Of a stretch of DNA of 58,770 nt, positions 39,183 through 47,690 are shown in pieces. Source of the stretch: a virus (lineage: Duplodnaviria > Caudoviricetes); the IMG/VR virus record IMGVR_UViG_3300045999_011096, positions 1 to 58,770 of that record, one strand, 5' to 3'. Position 1 is the first letter of the stretch, and each line of letters opens with the position of its first letter. The notes beneath the pieces are model-generated. The model searched no databases. It was given only the letters and a program-made list of their open reading frames with translations, and was not told where the DNA came from. Made by a program: the position numbers and the translations under genes.

Positions 39183-39760
39183 ACGGTCTAGCACTAGGTT
39201 GTAGCCACACAGCAGGAGTTGGGGTTGATCCCTCAGAATGCTATGTGTCGTTGTTGGCTAAACACTATAACATTGACATTACTAATGCCGGAGTCCCAGG
39301 CGGCAATTCAAATCACAATATTAAAACTCTGGTAGCCCACATGCGCAACACCCCGCCTAAGTTTGTTATAGCACAATGGCCCAATCCTGCCAGGCTCACA
39401 GTTTGGCATGGTGATCGCAACAACAACGAAAATATAAACAATGCCAGCACTGCATTTCGTTCTTTAATGACTGCGGGAGAAAAAAACTTCATGCAACCTT
39501 GGTTACAAAATATTATAACAGCAGACACATTGTGTAAACTGGCAGATGTGCCGGTTGTTCACATTCTATTGGAAAATTTAGATTTCAAATATGTTGATAT
39601 ATTGAACGATCAAGGTATAGAGTTACACATGGATTTAAAACTAGAAGGCCGGACTTGGTTGTTTGATTCGCAAGGGTCGGACAATTTGCACCATTCAGCT
39701 CGATGTCATGCCCAATGGGCCGAAAGATTAATTGGATTATTAAATGAAATTACCACATGA
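39179..39760 (+). CDS. SGNH/GDSL-like protein
   Basis: LGCSHTAG, NAGVPGGNS, DNLHHS; ATG at 39179 is coupled to the micro-ORF. Confidence 0.7.
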   Translation: MNGLALGCSHTAGVGVDPSECYVSLLAKHYNIDITNAGVPGGNSNHNIKTLVAHMRNTPPKFVIAQWPNPARLTVWHGDRNNNENINNASTAFRSLMTAGEKNFMQPWLQNIITADTLCKLADVPVVHILLENLDFKYVDILNDQGIELHMDLKLEGRTWLFDSQGSDNLHHSARCHAQWAERLIGLLNEITT

Positions 39761-40964
39761 TAAATTTTGCGTATTGCCCTGGGTGAGCTTAGAGGCTTCG
39801 CCCATTGGCACAGTGCGCCCATGCTGTCTTGCCGACGATGAACTGACGGATGACACAGGCAAGAAGTTCAGCTTGCTCACAGCCAACTTCAAAGACATAC
39901 AAAACAGTGCTGGCATGAAACGACTGCGTGAACAGTTTCTAGCAGGTGAACAGCCGCAAACATGTCGTAAGTGTTGGAATGAAGAACGTGCTGGGCGCAC
40001 ATCAAAACGTATGCATACCTTGGACAGAATGAAGCATATGGGAATCTCAAGTGACTGGACAGCAGACGCCAAGCCCTTGATGTTTCTGGATCTCAAACTG
40101 GGCAACATCTGTAACTTGAAATGTAGAATATGCGGATCCTGGAGTTCAAGTCAATTTGCTTCAGAAGAAATCGCCTGGACGCACCCCGACAAACGCCGAG
40201 ACTCTCACGCCTATCAAATGCTACGTGCCGGAGCCTGGCCCAGAGACAATCCGCAGTTCTGGCAGCAGATTGAACAACATCTAGCAGATATTCGCTACAT
40301 TGAATTCACCGGTGGGGAGCCATTCATGATTGCCGAACACTTTGACATGTTGCAAGGCATAGTGGATTGTGGCATTGCTGGTCAAGTTGAAATACACTAC
40401 AACACCAACGGCACCCAGTATCCTGAGCAGGCCGAACAGATTTGGCAGCATTTCAAAACTGTGGAAATTGCGTTTTCAATAGATGATGTTGGTGAGCGTT
40501 TTGAATATCAACGCACCAATGCTCACTGGACAGAAGTTTGTGCAAACATGGATCGATTTCGTGATCTCAAAGAAATTTATCCCAATATACAATTGCAAAT
40601 TTGCACCACTGTGAATGTGTTCAATGTACGTTATTTGGATCAGATAGCCGACTGGATATATCGCAATCGTGAAGGTTTCAACTTTGTGTACTGGAACATG
40701 ATGCACGATGCTTGGTATTTCAGTATTGCCACACTGCCTGACTCTGCCAAAGCCTCAGTGGCTGAACATCTGCGCACGGCCCCGGTGCCAGATCTTTATC
40801 GCGCTGAGTTTGATCGTATTGTTGAATTCATGCTGAAAGGAGCCAGCACCAGCGGTGACATGTTGAGAATGAAAATAGCAGATCTGGATCGTAAAAGACA
40901 ACAGAATTTTGCCACCGTGGCCCCAGAAATGGCTGCACTGATTGACTATGACTTCACCGCCTGA
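39744..40964 (+). CDS. Radical SAM protein 4 with N-terminal Twitch/SPASM-like domain
   Basis: CVLPW..PCC..CRKCW; CNLKCRIC; TGGEP. Confidence 0.9.
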   Translation: MKLPHDKFCVLPWVSLEASPIGTVRPCCLADDELTDDTGKKFSLLTANFKDIQNSAGMKRLREQFLAGEQPQTCRKCWNEERAGRTSKRMHTLDRMKHMGISSDWTADAKPLMFLDLKLGNICNLKCRICGSWSSSQFASEEIAWTHPDKRRDSHAYQMLRAGAWPRDNPQFWQQIEQHLADIRYIEFTGGEPFMIAEHFDMLQGIVDCGIAGQVEIHYNTNGTQYPEQAEQIWQHFKTVEIAFSIDDVGERFEYQRTNAHWTEVCANMDRFRDLKEIYPNIQLQICTTVNVFNVRYLDQIADWIYRNREGFNFVYWNMMHDAWYFSIATLPDSAKASVAEHLRTAPVPDLYRAEFDRIVEFMLKGASTSGDMLRMKIADLDRKRQQNFATVAPEMAALIDYDFTA

Positions 40965-42243
40965 CACCCTGTGTCTTGCACCCTGGGTGCACACATACTT
41001 GAGTCCGCAAACAGAACGGCGTATGTGCTGTGCGTCACGTGAACCTGCACAAAACTTTGAGCAATACATAGACACTGCTGGGGGCACTGGACGATATATC
41101 CCCATCACACTGGAACAGCATTGGAATGGGGAACACATGCGGTCAGTGCGCAGACGTATGCTGGCCGGAGAAACTCTGCCCGAGTGCGAAGTGTGCAATG
41201 ATAAACTTCTTAATACCAATGTCTACCGCACATACTTTGATCATTTATTCAAGCACAAATTAGAGGATGTATATGCAAGCACAGATGCTTCGGGGGCCAC
41301 GAGCATGGTGCCTGTTTCGTGGGATTATAGATTCAGCAACCTATGTAACTTTAAATGCAGGACCTGCGGCGACATGTTATCCAGTGCCTGGGAAACTGAA
41401 GAAAAAACTCACAACATGGTTGACTGGAACAATCCAAAAAATAATTGGATGCGATCAGATATACGTTCCGAAATCGCACACTTTCAAGAGAATCAAGTTG
41501 AAGCCGAATTTGCTGCCGCCGTGGAGCGACACACAGTGGAGGAAGTCTATTGGGTTGGCGGAGAGCCCTTGATGTACAAACAACACTGGCACTACATGCC
41601 AAGAATAATTGAATTAGGAGATGGAAACCGTGTTTACGCTAGATACAATACTAATCTTAGCCGTGTGGAGTATCGTGGTATTAATTTATATCGTGATATT
41701 TTGCTGCATCTTCGTGACTGGCAAATCTGCGCCAGCCTCGACGGAACAGGCGCCACAGGGGAATATATACGAACGGGCCTGGATTACACCACCTTTTTGA
41801 ACAACTTTGAGCAAGGGGTGAAACTGTCCACTCATGCCCGACAGATGCGCTTGGACTTTACACTCACGTTGCCGGGCATGACCGAAGTAGACAACATGAC
41901 AGCACTGGCCGCAGAAATGGGTGTAGAAATGTTGGCCAAGGTCATATTCAGTTTCTCACCGGACATCATTATGAGTCCCCTGGCTTTGCCCCGAGCACTT
42001 TTAGACGCATGGGTTGACGAACTAGCCAGCCGCAGCCAAGGTGCCATGCGTGATGTACTGCTGCAATTAAAAACTCGCCCCACATTTGAACAACAGTGGC
42101 CAGATACTTATCGCGCGGAGCTTGCAAAAGGCAAAGCTCGTGTGTTAAAATTAGAACAAATACGAACACAGAGCGTTACAATGACTGATATTCTAGCACA
42201 AAGACCAGATGTGCTGAAATGGTGGATGGAAATTGAAGCTTGA
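40948..42243 (+). CDS. Radical SAM protein 5 with N-terminal Twitch/SPASM-like domain
   Basis: CLAPW..MCC..CEVC; CNFKCRTC; VGGEP. Confidence 0.9.
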   Translation: MTSPPDTLCLAPWVHTYLSPQTERRMCCASREPAQNFEQYIDTAGGTGRYIPITLEQHWNGEHMRSVRRRMLAGETLPECEVCNDKLLNTNVYRTYFDHLFKHKLEDVYASTDASGATSMVPVSWDYRFSNLCNFKCRTCGDMLSSAWETEEKTHNMVDWNNPKNNWMRSDIRSEIAHFQENQVEAEFAAAVERHTVEEVYWVGGEPLMYKQHWHYMPRIIELGDGNRVYARYNTNLSRVEYRGINLYRDILLHLRDWQICASLDGTGATGEYIRTGLDYTTFLNNFEQGVKLSTHARQMRLDFTLTLPGMTEVDNMTALAAEMGVEMLAKVIFSFSPDIIMSPLALPRALLDAWVDELASRSQGAMRDVLLQLKTRPTFEQQWPDTYRAELAKGKARVLKLEQIRTQSVTMTDILAQRPDVLKWWMEIEA

Positions 42244-43273
42244 TGAAATAAAAATCACACTACAGAGCCCGCAGCGACAGCAGCTGGATTTGTATATAGA
42301 CATATTTGACAACAGTCTTGGCCGCAAATGGCTTGAGGCTGTGAATTCAGTGTTGACCAATCAACTGCACTTGGAAAAGAATTACTGTTGGTTGGGCTGG
42401 GCCGAAGGTGCTCGTAACTTAGACTATCTTTGTGTTCAAGTCAATAGAAGCATCATGGCCATCAATGCCAGCAGTTTGACATATCGCATACAGGATTTTT
42501 TCAGCCCAGCCATGGTGGTTCAAAAAGACGGCGATGTCAATCATGCCCGAATGAATCAATTGCATAGATATTTTGAAGACCTACAAGGCAGCGCCACAGC
42601 CATCAGCGCACATTACAATCAAGCCGATGCAGAAACTCGCTGGCACATACGCCAGCTGAATTTGTTGTGCCACGAAATTGAAAGTCTTGTGCTGAGCCTG
42701 CGCAAAGCACGTGAGGCACCTGAATGGCGCAGGCCCAGCCAGTTGATGTGTTGGTTGCAGGCCCCAAGATTTGAATTGGCCGCTGAAGACCATGAGTTGT
42801 TTGGCATTGAAACAATCAACAGAAAGCTGGGCGGTGTGTACGTGGGTGTGAACAAAGCTGTGGGCAAACATCACTGGGAGGTATTTTGCGATGAAGGACG
42901 AGATTCACGAATCGGCGAATTGGTTACTACCGGGCTTCGAGCGCAGACTCAAGCGGCTGCTGATTTTGATATTGAATGGGCCCGTGATCCCGGCGCATAC
43001 CATTGGCAAATCCAACAGTTGGCAGAATTTCGTGAATGGCTTACCAGGAACGGCTTCGACCCAACTGACCCCAGTCTCACAATCGGCCACCCGCAGGTGG
43101 GGCAGGTTGATCTTGAAAGGTCTTTTGGCACAACAAACTGGGAAATGATATACAATCACGTGCTGGCGCATCAAGATGTGTTTCAAGTCAGCACCAGCAC
43201 TGCACGGGCTACATACAACTATTGTTGGCAAGATCCTGATTATGATCTACAACAAATCAGGAGTCTAAAATGA
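42233..43273 (+). CDS. Hypothetical protein (possibly a metal-binding helical enzyme)
   Basis: Coupled ORF; MNQLHRYFE and LNLLCHEIE helices; no family recognised. Confidence 0.7.
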   Translation: MKLDEIKITLQSPQRQQLDLYIDIFDNSLGRKWLEAVNSVLTNQLHLEKNYCWLGWAEGARNLDYLCVQVNRSIMAINASSLTYRIQDFFSPAMVVQKDGDVNHARMNQLHRYFEDLQGSATAISAHYNQADAETRWHIRQLNLLCHEIESLVLSLRKAREAPEWRRPSQLMCWLQAPRFELAAEDHELFGIETINRKLGGVYVGVNKAVGKHHWEVFCDEGRDSRIGELVTTGLRAQTQAAADFDIEWARDPGAYHWQIQQLAEFREWLTRNGFDPTDPSLTIGHPQVGQVDLERSFGTTNWEMIYNHVLAHQDVFQVSTSTARATYNYCWQDPDYDLQQIRSLK

Positions 43274-43371
43274 ATTGGTTAAAACGCATTTATGCCAGAA
43301 TAACATTAGAAATTCGATATCGTCGAAAATTAAAAGAATTACGCAAGCGAGATCCATTTATCTACAAATGA
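43270..43371 (+). CDS. 33-aa basic peptide ending RDPFIYK, not in the ORF track
   Basis: MNWLKRIYARITLEIRYRRKLKELRKRDPFIYK; ATGA overlaps at both ends. Confidence 0.8.
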   Translation: MNWLKRIYARITLEIRYRRKLKELRKRDPFIYK

Positions 43372-44846
43372 ACATCCTAGGTATCAGCGCCGGCTTTCAT
43401 GATGCCGCGGCCACAGTAATCTCCCCTGGCGGGGAGATTCTGTTCGCTGGTCATTCAGAGCGTTATTCAAAAAACAAAAACGATGCTGACTTTTGCCAAG
43501 GTCTATTAGACGATGTATTAGAATATGGATTAGATGTGGTTGGGTATTACGAGCGGCCCTGGGCAAAACAACTACGACAATGGTACGCAGGCCAAGGCAT
43601 TGAATGGAACAAGTTAACAACTCGACAAATATTACGCCAACAGTTGGGTGGGAAAATTGATCCTGAGCAAGTGCACAGTTTCAATCATCATCTAAGTCAC
43701 GCGGCCGGGGGATTTCAAACCTCGCCATTTGATCGTGCCACAGTTGTGGTAATAGATGCTGTGGGTGAATTTGAAACAATAACAATCTGGGGAGCTGAGT
43801 ATGACAAAAAAGGTCGAGCTGTTTACCGTAAACTTTGGCAGCAAAACTATCCGCATTCAATTGGATTATTCTATAGTGCAGTTACTAGCCGCGTTGGCCT
43901 ACGCCCACTAGACGAAGAGTATATCTTGATGGGCATGGCTGCTTATGGTGAGCGTGGATTTGGCGAACTCATGAGTCAGGATCTGGTGGAGGACGCATGG
44001 AAAATCAAATTTAAAAAGAATCTACATACGGGCCTAGAACAAAAATATCTGTCATACATAAGTGATGTTGATCTAGCAGCTGGCGCACAAGACCTTGTGG
44101 AAGATCTTGTGATGAATGTCATGCACCGAGCCCGCGGGCATGGTTGGAGCAAGAATCTTGTATACATGGGTGGTGTTGCGCTGAATTGCAGTGCCAATAG
44201 GAGGTTGGGTGAACTATTTGACAATATCTGGATTATGCCTTGTCCTGGTGATGCTGGCAGTAGCCTGGGTGCCGCGGCGCTGGTGCTGGGCACTAGGATT
44301 AATTGGCGCAATGCTTATCTGGGTCATGATATTCCTGGTGCTTATCCAGTTAATGCCATACTGGATCATTTGGTGGATCGCGGTATTGTTGGCGTTGCTA
44401 GTGGCCGCGCTGAGTTTGGCCCCCGTGCCCTAGGCAATAGAAGTTTGTTGGCCGACCCCAGAGGTTCTACTATCAAGGAGCAAGTAAATGAAATCAAACG
44501 AAGACAACAGTTTCGACCCTTTGCGCCTGTCATACTGGAAGAGCTGGCTCACCAGTATTTTGACATGCCTAGGGGTTGGCATCACAGTAGGTATATGCAG
44601 TCAGTCGCTCGTTGCCGCAGTCCTGAGCTATTTCCTGCTGTCGTTCACGCTGATGGCACTAGTCGCGTACAAACTGTAGCCAGAGACGGATCAGGCATCA
44701 GAGAACTTTTAGAGAAGTGGTTTGTGATGACCGGTTGTCCCATGTTGCTCAACACCAGTTTGAACATACGTGGAGAGCCCATGGTCAACGATCGTGCGGA
44801 TGCAGATAGATTTGAAGCACTGTATGGTGTAAAGGTGTGCAGTTAA
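43368..44846 (+). CDS. O-carbamoyltransferase (NodU/CmcH/TobZ family)
   Basis: ILGISAGFHDAAA, HHLSHAA, GGVALNC, GDAGSSLGAA, EFGPRALGNRS, FRPFAP, LLNTSLN. Likely start is the ATG at 43368. Confidence 0.95.
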   Translation: MNILGISAGFHDAAATVISPGGEILFAGHSERYSKNKNDADFCQGLLDDVLEYGLDVVGYYERPWAKQLRQWYAGQGIEWNKLTTRQILRQQLGGKIDPEQVHSFNHHLSHAAGGFQTSPFDRATVVVIDAVGEFETITIWGAEYDKKGRAVYRKLWQQNYPHSIGLFYSAVTSRVGLRPLDEEYILMGMAAYGERGFGELMSQDLVEDAWKIKFKKNLHTGLEQKYLSYISDVDLAAGAQDLVEDLVMNVMHRARGHGWSKNLVYMGGVALNCSANRRLGELFDNIWIMPCPGDAGSSLGAAALVLGTRINWRNAYLGHDIPGAYPVNAILDHLVDRGIVGVASGRAEFGPRALGNRSLLADPRGSTIKEQVNEIKRRQQFRPFAPVILEELAHQYFDMPRGWHHSRYMQSVARCRSPELFPAVVHADGTSRVQTVARDGSGIRELLEKWFVMTGCPMLLNTSLNIRGEPMVNDRADADRFEALYGVKVCS

Positions 44847-44871
44847 TGGATTACAAAAAATTTCAAAAGAA

Positions 44872-45450
44872 ATGAATCAACCACATTGTTACGTGATTGC
44901 ACACGCCACATCAAGAGTGGTGGGCGACTGTGTAAAGAGTTTGACTGCTCACAATTGGCGTTATGAAATATTTCCAGCAGTGATGTCAGTTACTGCGGCA
45001 GACTGGGAAAAGGCCGGTGTTGTCATGAGTACCGGGGGCAAAATGCGTCAACGACCCGGGGCACAAGGTTGTTGGATGAGTCATTGGCAACTATGGAACC
45101 GTTGTGTAAACACTAACCAACCCTTGGTTATACTGGAACATGATGCAGTGGTTCAAGGCCCTTGGCCCCAAGACCTTGACATTGAAACACAGCTGGTCAA
45201 ACTGTATCGCACAGCCGAATGCAAGGTCAAACCTGAGTTTGGTCGCTGGAGCAAAGGGTCGCATGCTTACACTGTGACTCCTGTACAGGCAGCACGATTG
45301 ATTGCTTTTGCTCAAGCAACGCCAGCACAAGCCTTGGACAAACACCTGGGGGATGGTGTATTATCGTGGACTTTTTACAGTCAGGATCTTGTGACGCTGA
45401 ATCCCAGACGCGGGCCCAGTATCACCAGTCCAATACCGCGTCAGAGATAA
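44872..45450 (+). CDS. Glycosyltransferase family 25-like
   Basis: GAQGCWMSHWQLW, LVILEHDA, GSHAYTVTP..A..LI. Confidence 0.75.
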   Translation: MNQPHCYVIAHATSRVVGDCVKSLTAHNWRYEIFPAVMSVTAADWEKAGVVMSTGGKMRQRPGAQGCWMSHWQLWNRCVNTNQPLVILEHDAVVQGPWPQDLDIETQLVKLYRTAECKVKPEFGRWSKGSHAYTVTPVQAARLIAFAQATPAQALDKHLGDGVLSWTFYSQDLVTLNPRRGPSITSPIPRQR

Positions 45451-46478
45451 GTCTCTAATCCACCACGTCGACGAATGTCTTGTGTGCAGCATGAGATGCC
45501 ACCATCCCAGAAGTAACTGTGACGCAGTTCTGAGATGATAGGCTCAATACGGTGTCGGCGGCAGTAGTCAAAAACTTCGCGATTGTAGGCACTAAAGATC
45601 ACATGTGATTCGTCCAGCACAAGACAGTTAACATCAAACACAGTTTCGGCAACAAAACCAGTCCACTTGGTTAGATAGGTGTTCACAAACTCTGTGAATT
45701 CAGGTGTAGGCGTTTGCCCTTGCACGTACCAGGCCCCGGGGTTTTGCTCGTACTTGAACTTGCCCACTTCCATTGCGGCCCAGATTGAACTGTCCCATAT
45801 CTTGCACACGTCCCATCCTGGAAAGTCCGCAGCCAAATTCAAGTTAACATCGTGTTTGCTTGACAACAACACACCGGGCTTTAAGATAGCAAACACTGCA
45901 TCTCCGTGTCCATCTGTAATGGCTTCGTGGATGCGATATTCTGGGCCCAGCACGTTGTCCACAATCCAACGAGTCTGCTCAGGCTTTAAGAAGTCTGAGT
46001 TGTCAAAGAATACATCACGACCCACACGCACAATACAACTTGCTGATGCTTGGTTAAGAATGCAATTCTCATCCCAGCCTGTGGGCCCATGCGGATTGAT
46101 CACTGTGCCGCCCTGTGATTGGTACTCGTTGCACAAGCCATCTAGTTCCGGCATGGCCAACACACGTAGCAGTTTGTCGCCTAAGGTGATTTGCCAGTCT
46201 CTTGGTGTCAACGGAGGTAGTGGTGCACCTCTACCGTAGATCTGTCCGCGGATAAACTGGTCTCGATCAGGTAGATCAGGACGACGTACTCGAGCACCAA
46301 ACTGTTCTATTGTTTTCTGCAAGTTAACAAGATCTTCTTCAGTTTCAGAAAGGATTTGTTGTAACTGATTACGCACCTGTGCGTTCTCGATGAAGTCAAA
46401 ATAGTCTGGGCTGTACGCACGGCCGACTATGACTTCTTCAAGGGGTTGCCAACTTGTATAACTGTTAATAGGATTCAT
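45441..46478 (-). CDS. Amidinotransferase (glycine/inosamine-phosphate amidinotransferase family)
   Basis: NSYTSWQPLEEVIVG, PRD, GHGD, FDVNCLVLD, FWDGGISCCTQDIRR (with the catalytic Cys region). Confidence 0.85.
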   Translation of the reverse strand: MNPINSYTSWQPLEEVIVGRAYSPDYFDFIENAQVRNQLQQILSETEEDLVNLQKTIEQFGARVRRPDLPDRDQFIRGQIYGRGAPLPPLTPRDWQITLGDKLLRVLAMPELDGLCNEYQSQGGTVINPHGPTGWDENCILNQASASCIVRVGRDVFFDNSDFLKPEQTRWIVDNVLGPEYRIHEAITDGHGDAVFAILKPGVLLSSKHDVNLNLAADFPGWDVCKIWDSSIWAAMEVGKFKYEQNPGAWYVQGQTPTPEFTEFVNTYLTKWTGFVAETVFDVNCLVLDESHVIFSAYNREVFDYCRRHRIEPIISELRHSYFWDGGISCCTQDIRRRGGLETYL

Positions 46479-46496
46479 TTATGTGCTCGAGTAGGA

Positions 46497-46502
46497 TATT
46501 TA
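46497..46502 (-). promoter_or_regulatory. Putative late promoter (TAAATA) for the amidinotransferase
   Basis: TATTTA on the + strand in the 54-bp gap, 18 nt before the start codon. Confidence 0.5.
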
Positions 46503-46532
46503 CGCTTGCAATGTTGAGTCTCTAAATAACAT

Positions 46533-47690
46533 TCACTCTTCGTCAATACTGTGTAGCATGTCTTTGAGTTCAGCCCACAAGATTTTTTCAAAGCCGCCAT
46601 TGTAAAAGTGATTCCAGTTATGCTCCACAATGGGGCAAGCCATTTCAAATAAATCTTGCTTACCCTCTGGTGAGAGTTCATCTAGACTACGCAATAAACT
46701 GGCAATGCGTTCAATACGCACATCATCCTCGGCAAGGTCGTAGCTTTCATCCCAGATGCCTTCAAATGTGCGGAATCCGTAGCTGCGCAGATATTGCAAA
46801 CTGCCGCGAGTGCCCACAATGATAAAAGGCATGCCCATGGCAATGGGCTTGAAGGTTTTTTCGGTGATGTGATGTCTACGACCTGTGGCCACAGTTTCGG
46901 TTACAAGATACAGCAAACTATTTGCTGATTCGTTAAACAAACTGAGCCAGCATGAATGCATGGGATGATGGGTTTCGCCCGCAAAGTTGATAGGCAATGT
47001 TTGGCGAGCAAATACTTGTTGTATGTCTGGATACCGGCCAATCAAGGGGCGAACTGCTTCGTGTATGCTGATGTTTTCTGCAGGGCATGTTTCGGGGCAA
47101 CTGATGTGATTGTCTAACATGCCATTTCGGAATATGTAATACAACACTTCCAGCCTGTGACGACGCTCGCCTGCAACAATGCGATTGGGTGCAATGAATG
47201 TTTTTGTGATTGTTCTTTCAGCTGGCGGTGTGATCAAAAATGTTTTGTCGTAGCCACGATACCAATCCAGTGCTGCCCAGCCATGAAAAAAGTAATACAG
47301 TGGTCGCCAGCCGAATCTCTCACACAAAGCATCAACGTTTTCACTGTCACGCTCACTGGTAACAATGTATCCTGGGCTGTGTGCTTTCAAGTGGTCGGGT
47401 ATGGGTGCAACCAAATGATTGCTATCTCGATTCACATACCAACCGTAGTGTATGTCTTTGTTGAGCTCTTTTACCCGTTCAAACGTTGGTAAGTGTATGT
47501 CCAAATGAATTGGCTCTTGGTCAAAAAAGAATATATAATTGTGTTCGTGAGCATCATCTCTACCATAGTTCATCACACTGTCTGGGTCGCTGCGACCAAA
47601 CGGCTCACAAAAGAACTCTCTAAAGCCCGGACGATGTTGTCTAATCCAAGGCCAAAAAGTATTGTTATAAATTTCGTCAATTCTAATCAT
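46533..47690 (-). CDS. Glycosyltransferase-like protein (GT10-like TEK motif)
   Basis: YLVTET...ITEKTFKPIAMGMP...GFRTFEGIWDESYD; paralogue of 35414-36499. Confidence 0.55.
   Translation of the reverse strand: MIRIDEIYNNTFWPWIRQHRPGFREFFCEPFGRSDPDSVMNYGRDDAHEHNYIFFFDQEPIHLDIHLPTFERVKELNKDIHYGWYVNRDSNHLVAPIPDHLKAHSPGYIVTSERDSENVDALCERFGWRPLYYFFHGWAALDWYRGYDKTFLITPPAERTITKTFIAPNRIVAGERRHRLEVLYYIFRNGMLDNHISCPETCPAENISIHEAVRPLIGRYPDIQQVFARQTLPINFAGETHHPMHSCWLSLFNESANSLLYLVTETVATGRRHHITEKTFKPIAMGMPFIIVGTRGSLQYLRSYGFRTFEGIWDESYDLAEDDVRIERIASLLRSLDELSPEGKQDLFEMACPIVEHNWNHFYNGGFEKILWAELKDMLHSIDEE

Noticed and set aside
43275-43367. N-terminal extension of the carbamoyltransferase in the ORF track
   Set aside because: The family motif begins at ATG 43368, and this span encodes the RDPFIYK peptide in another frame.
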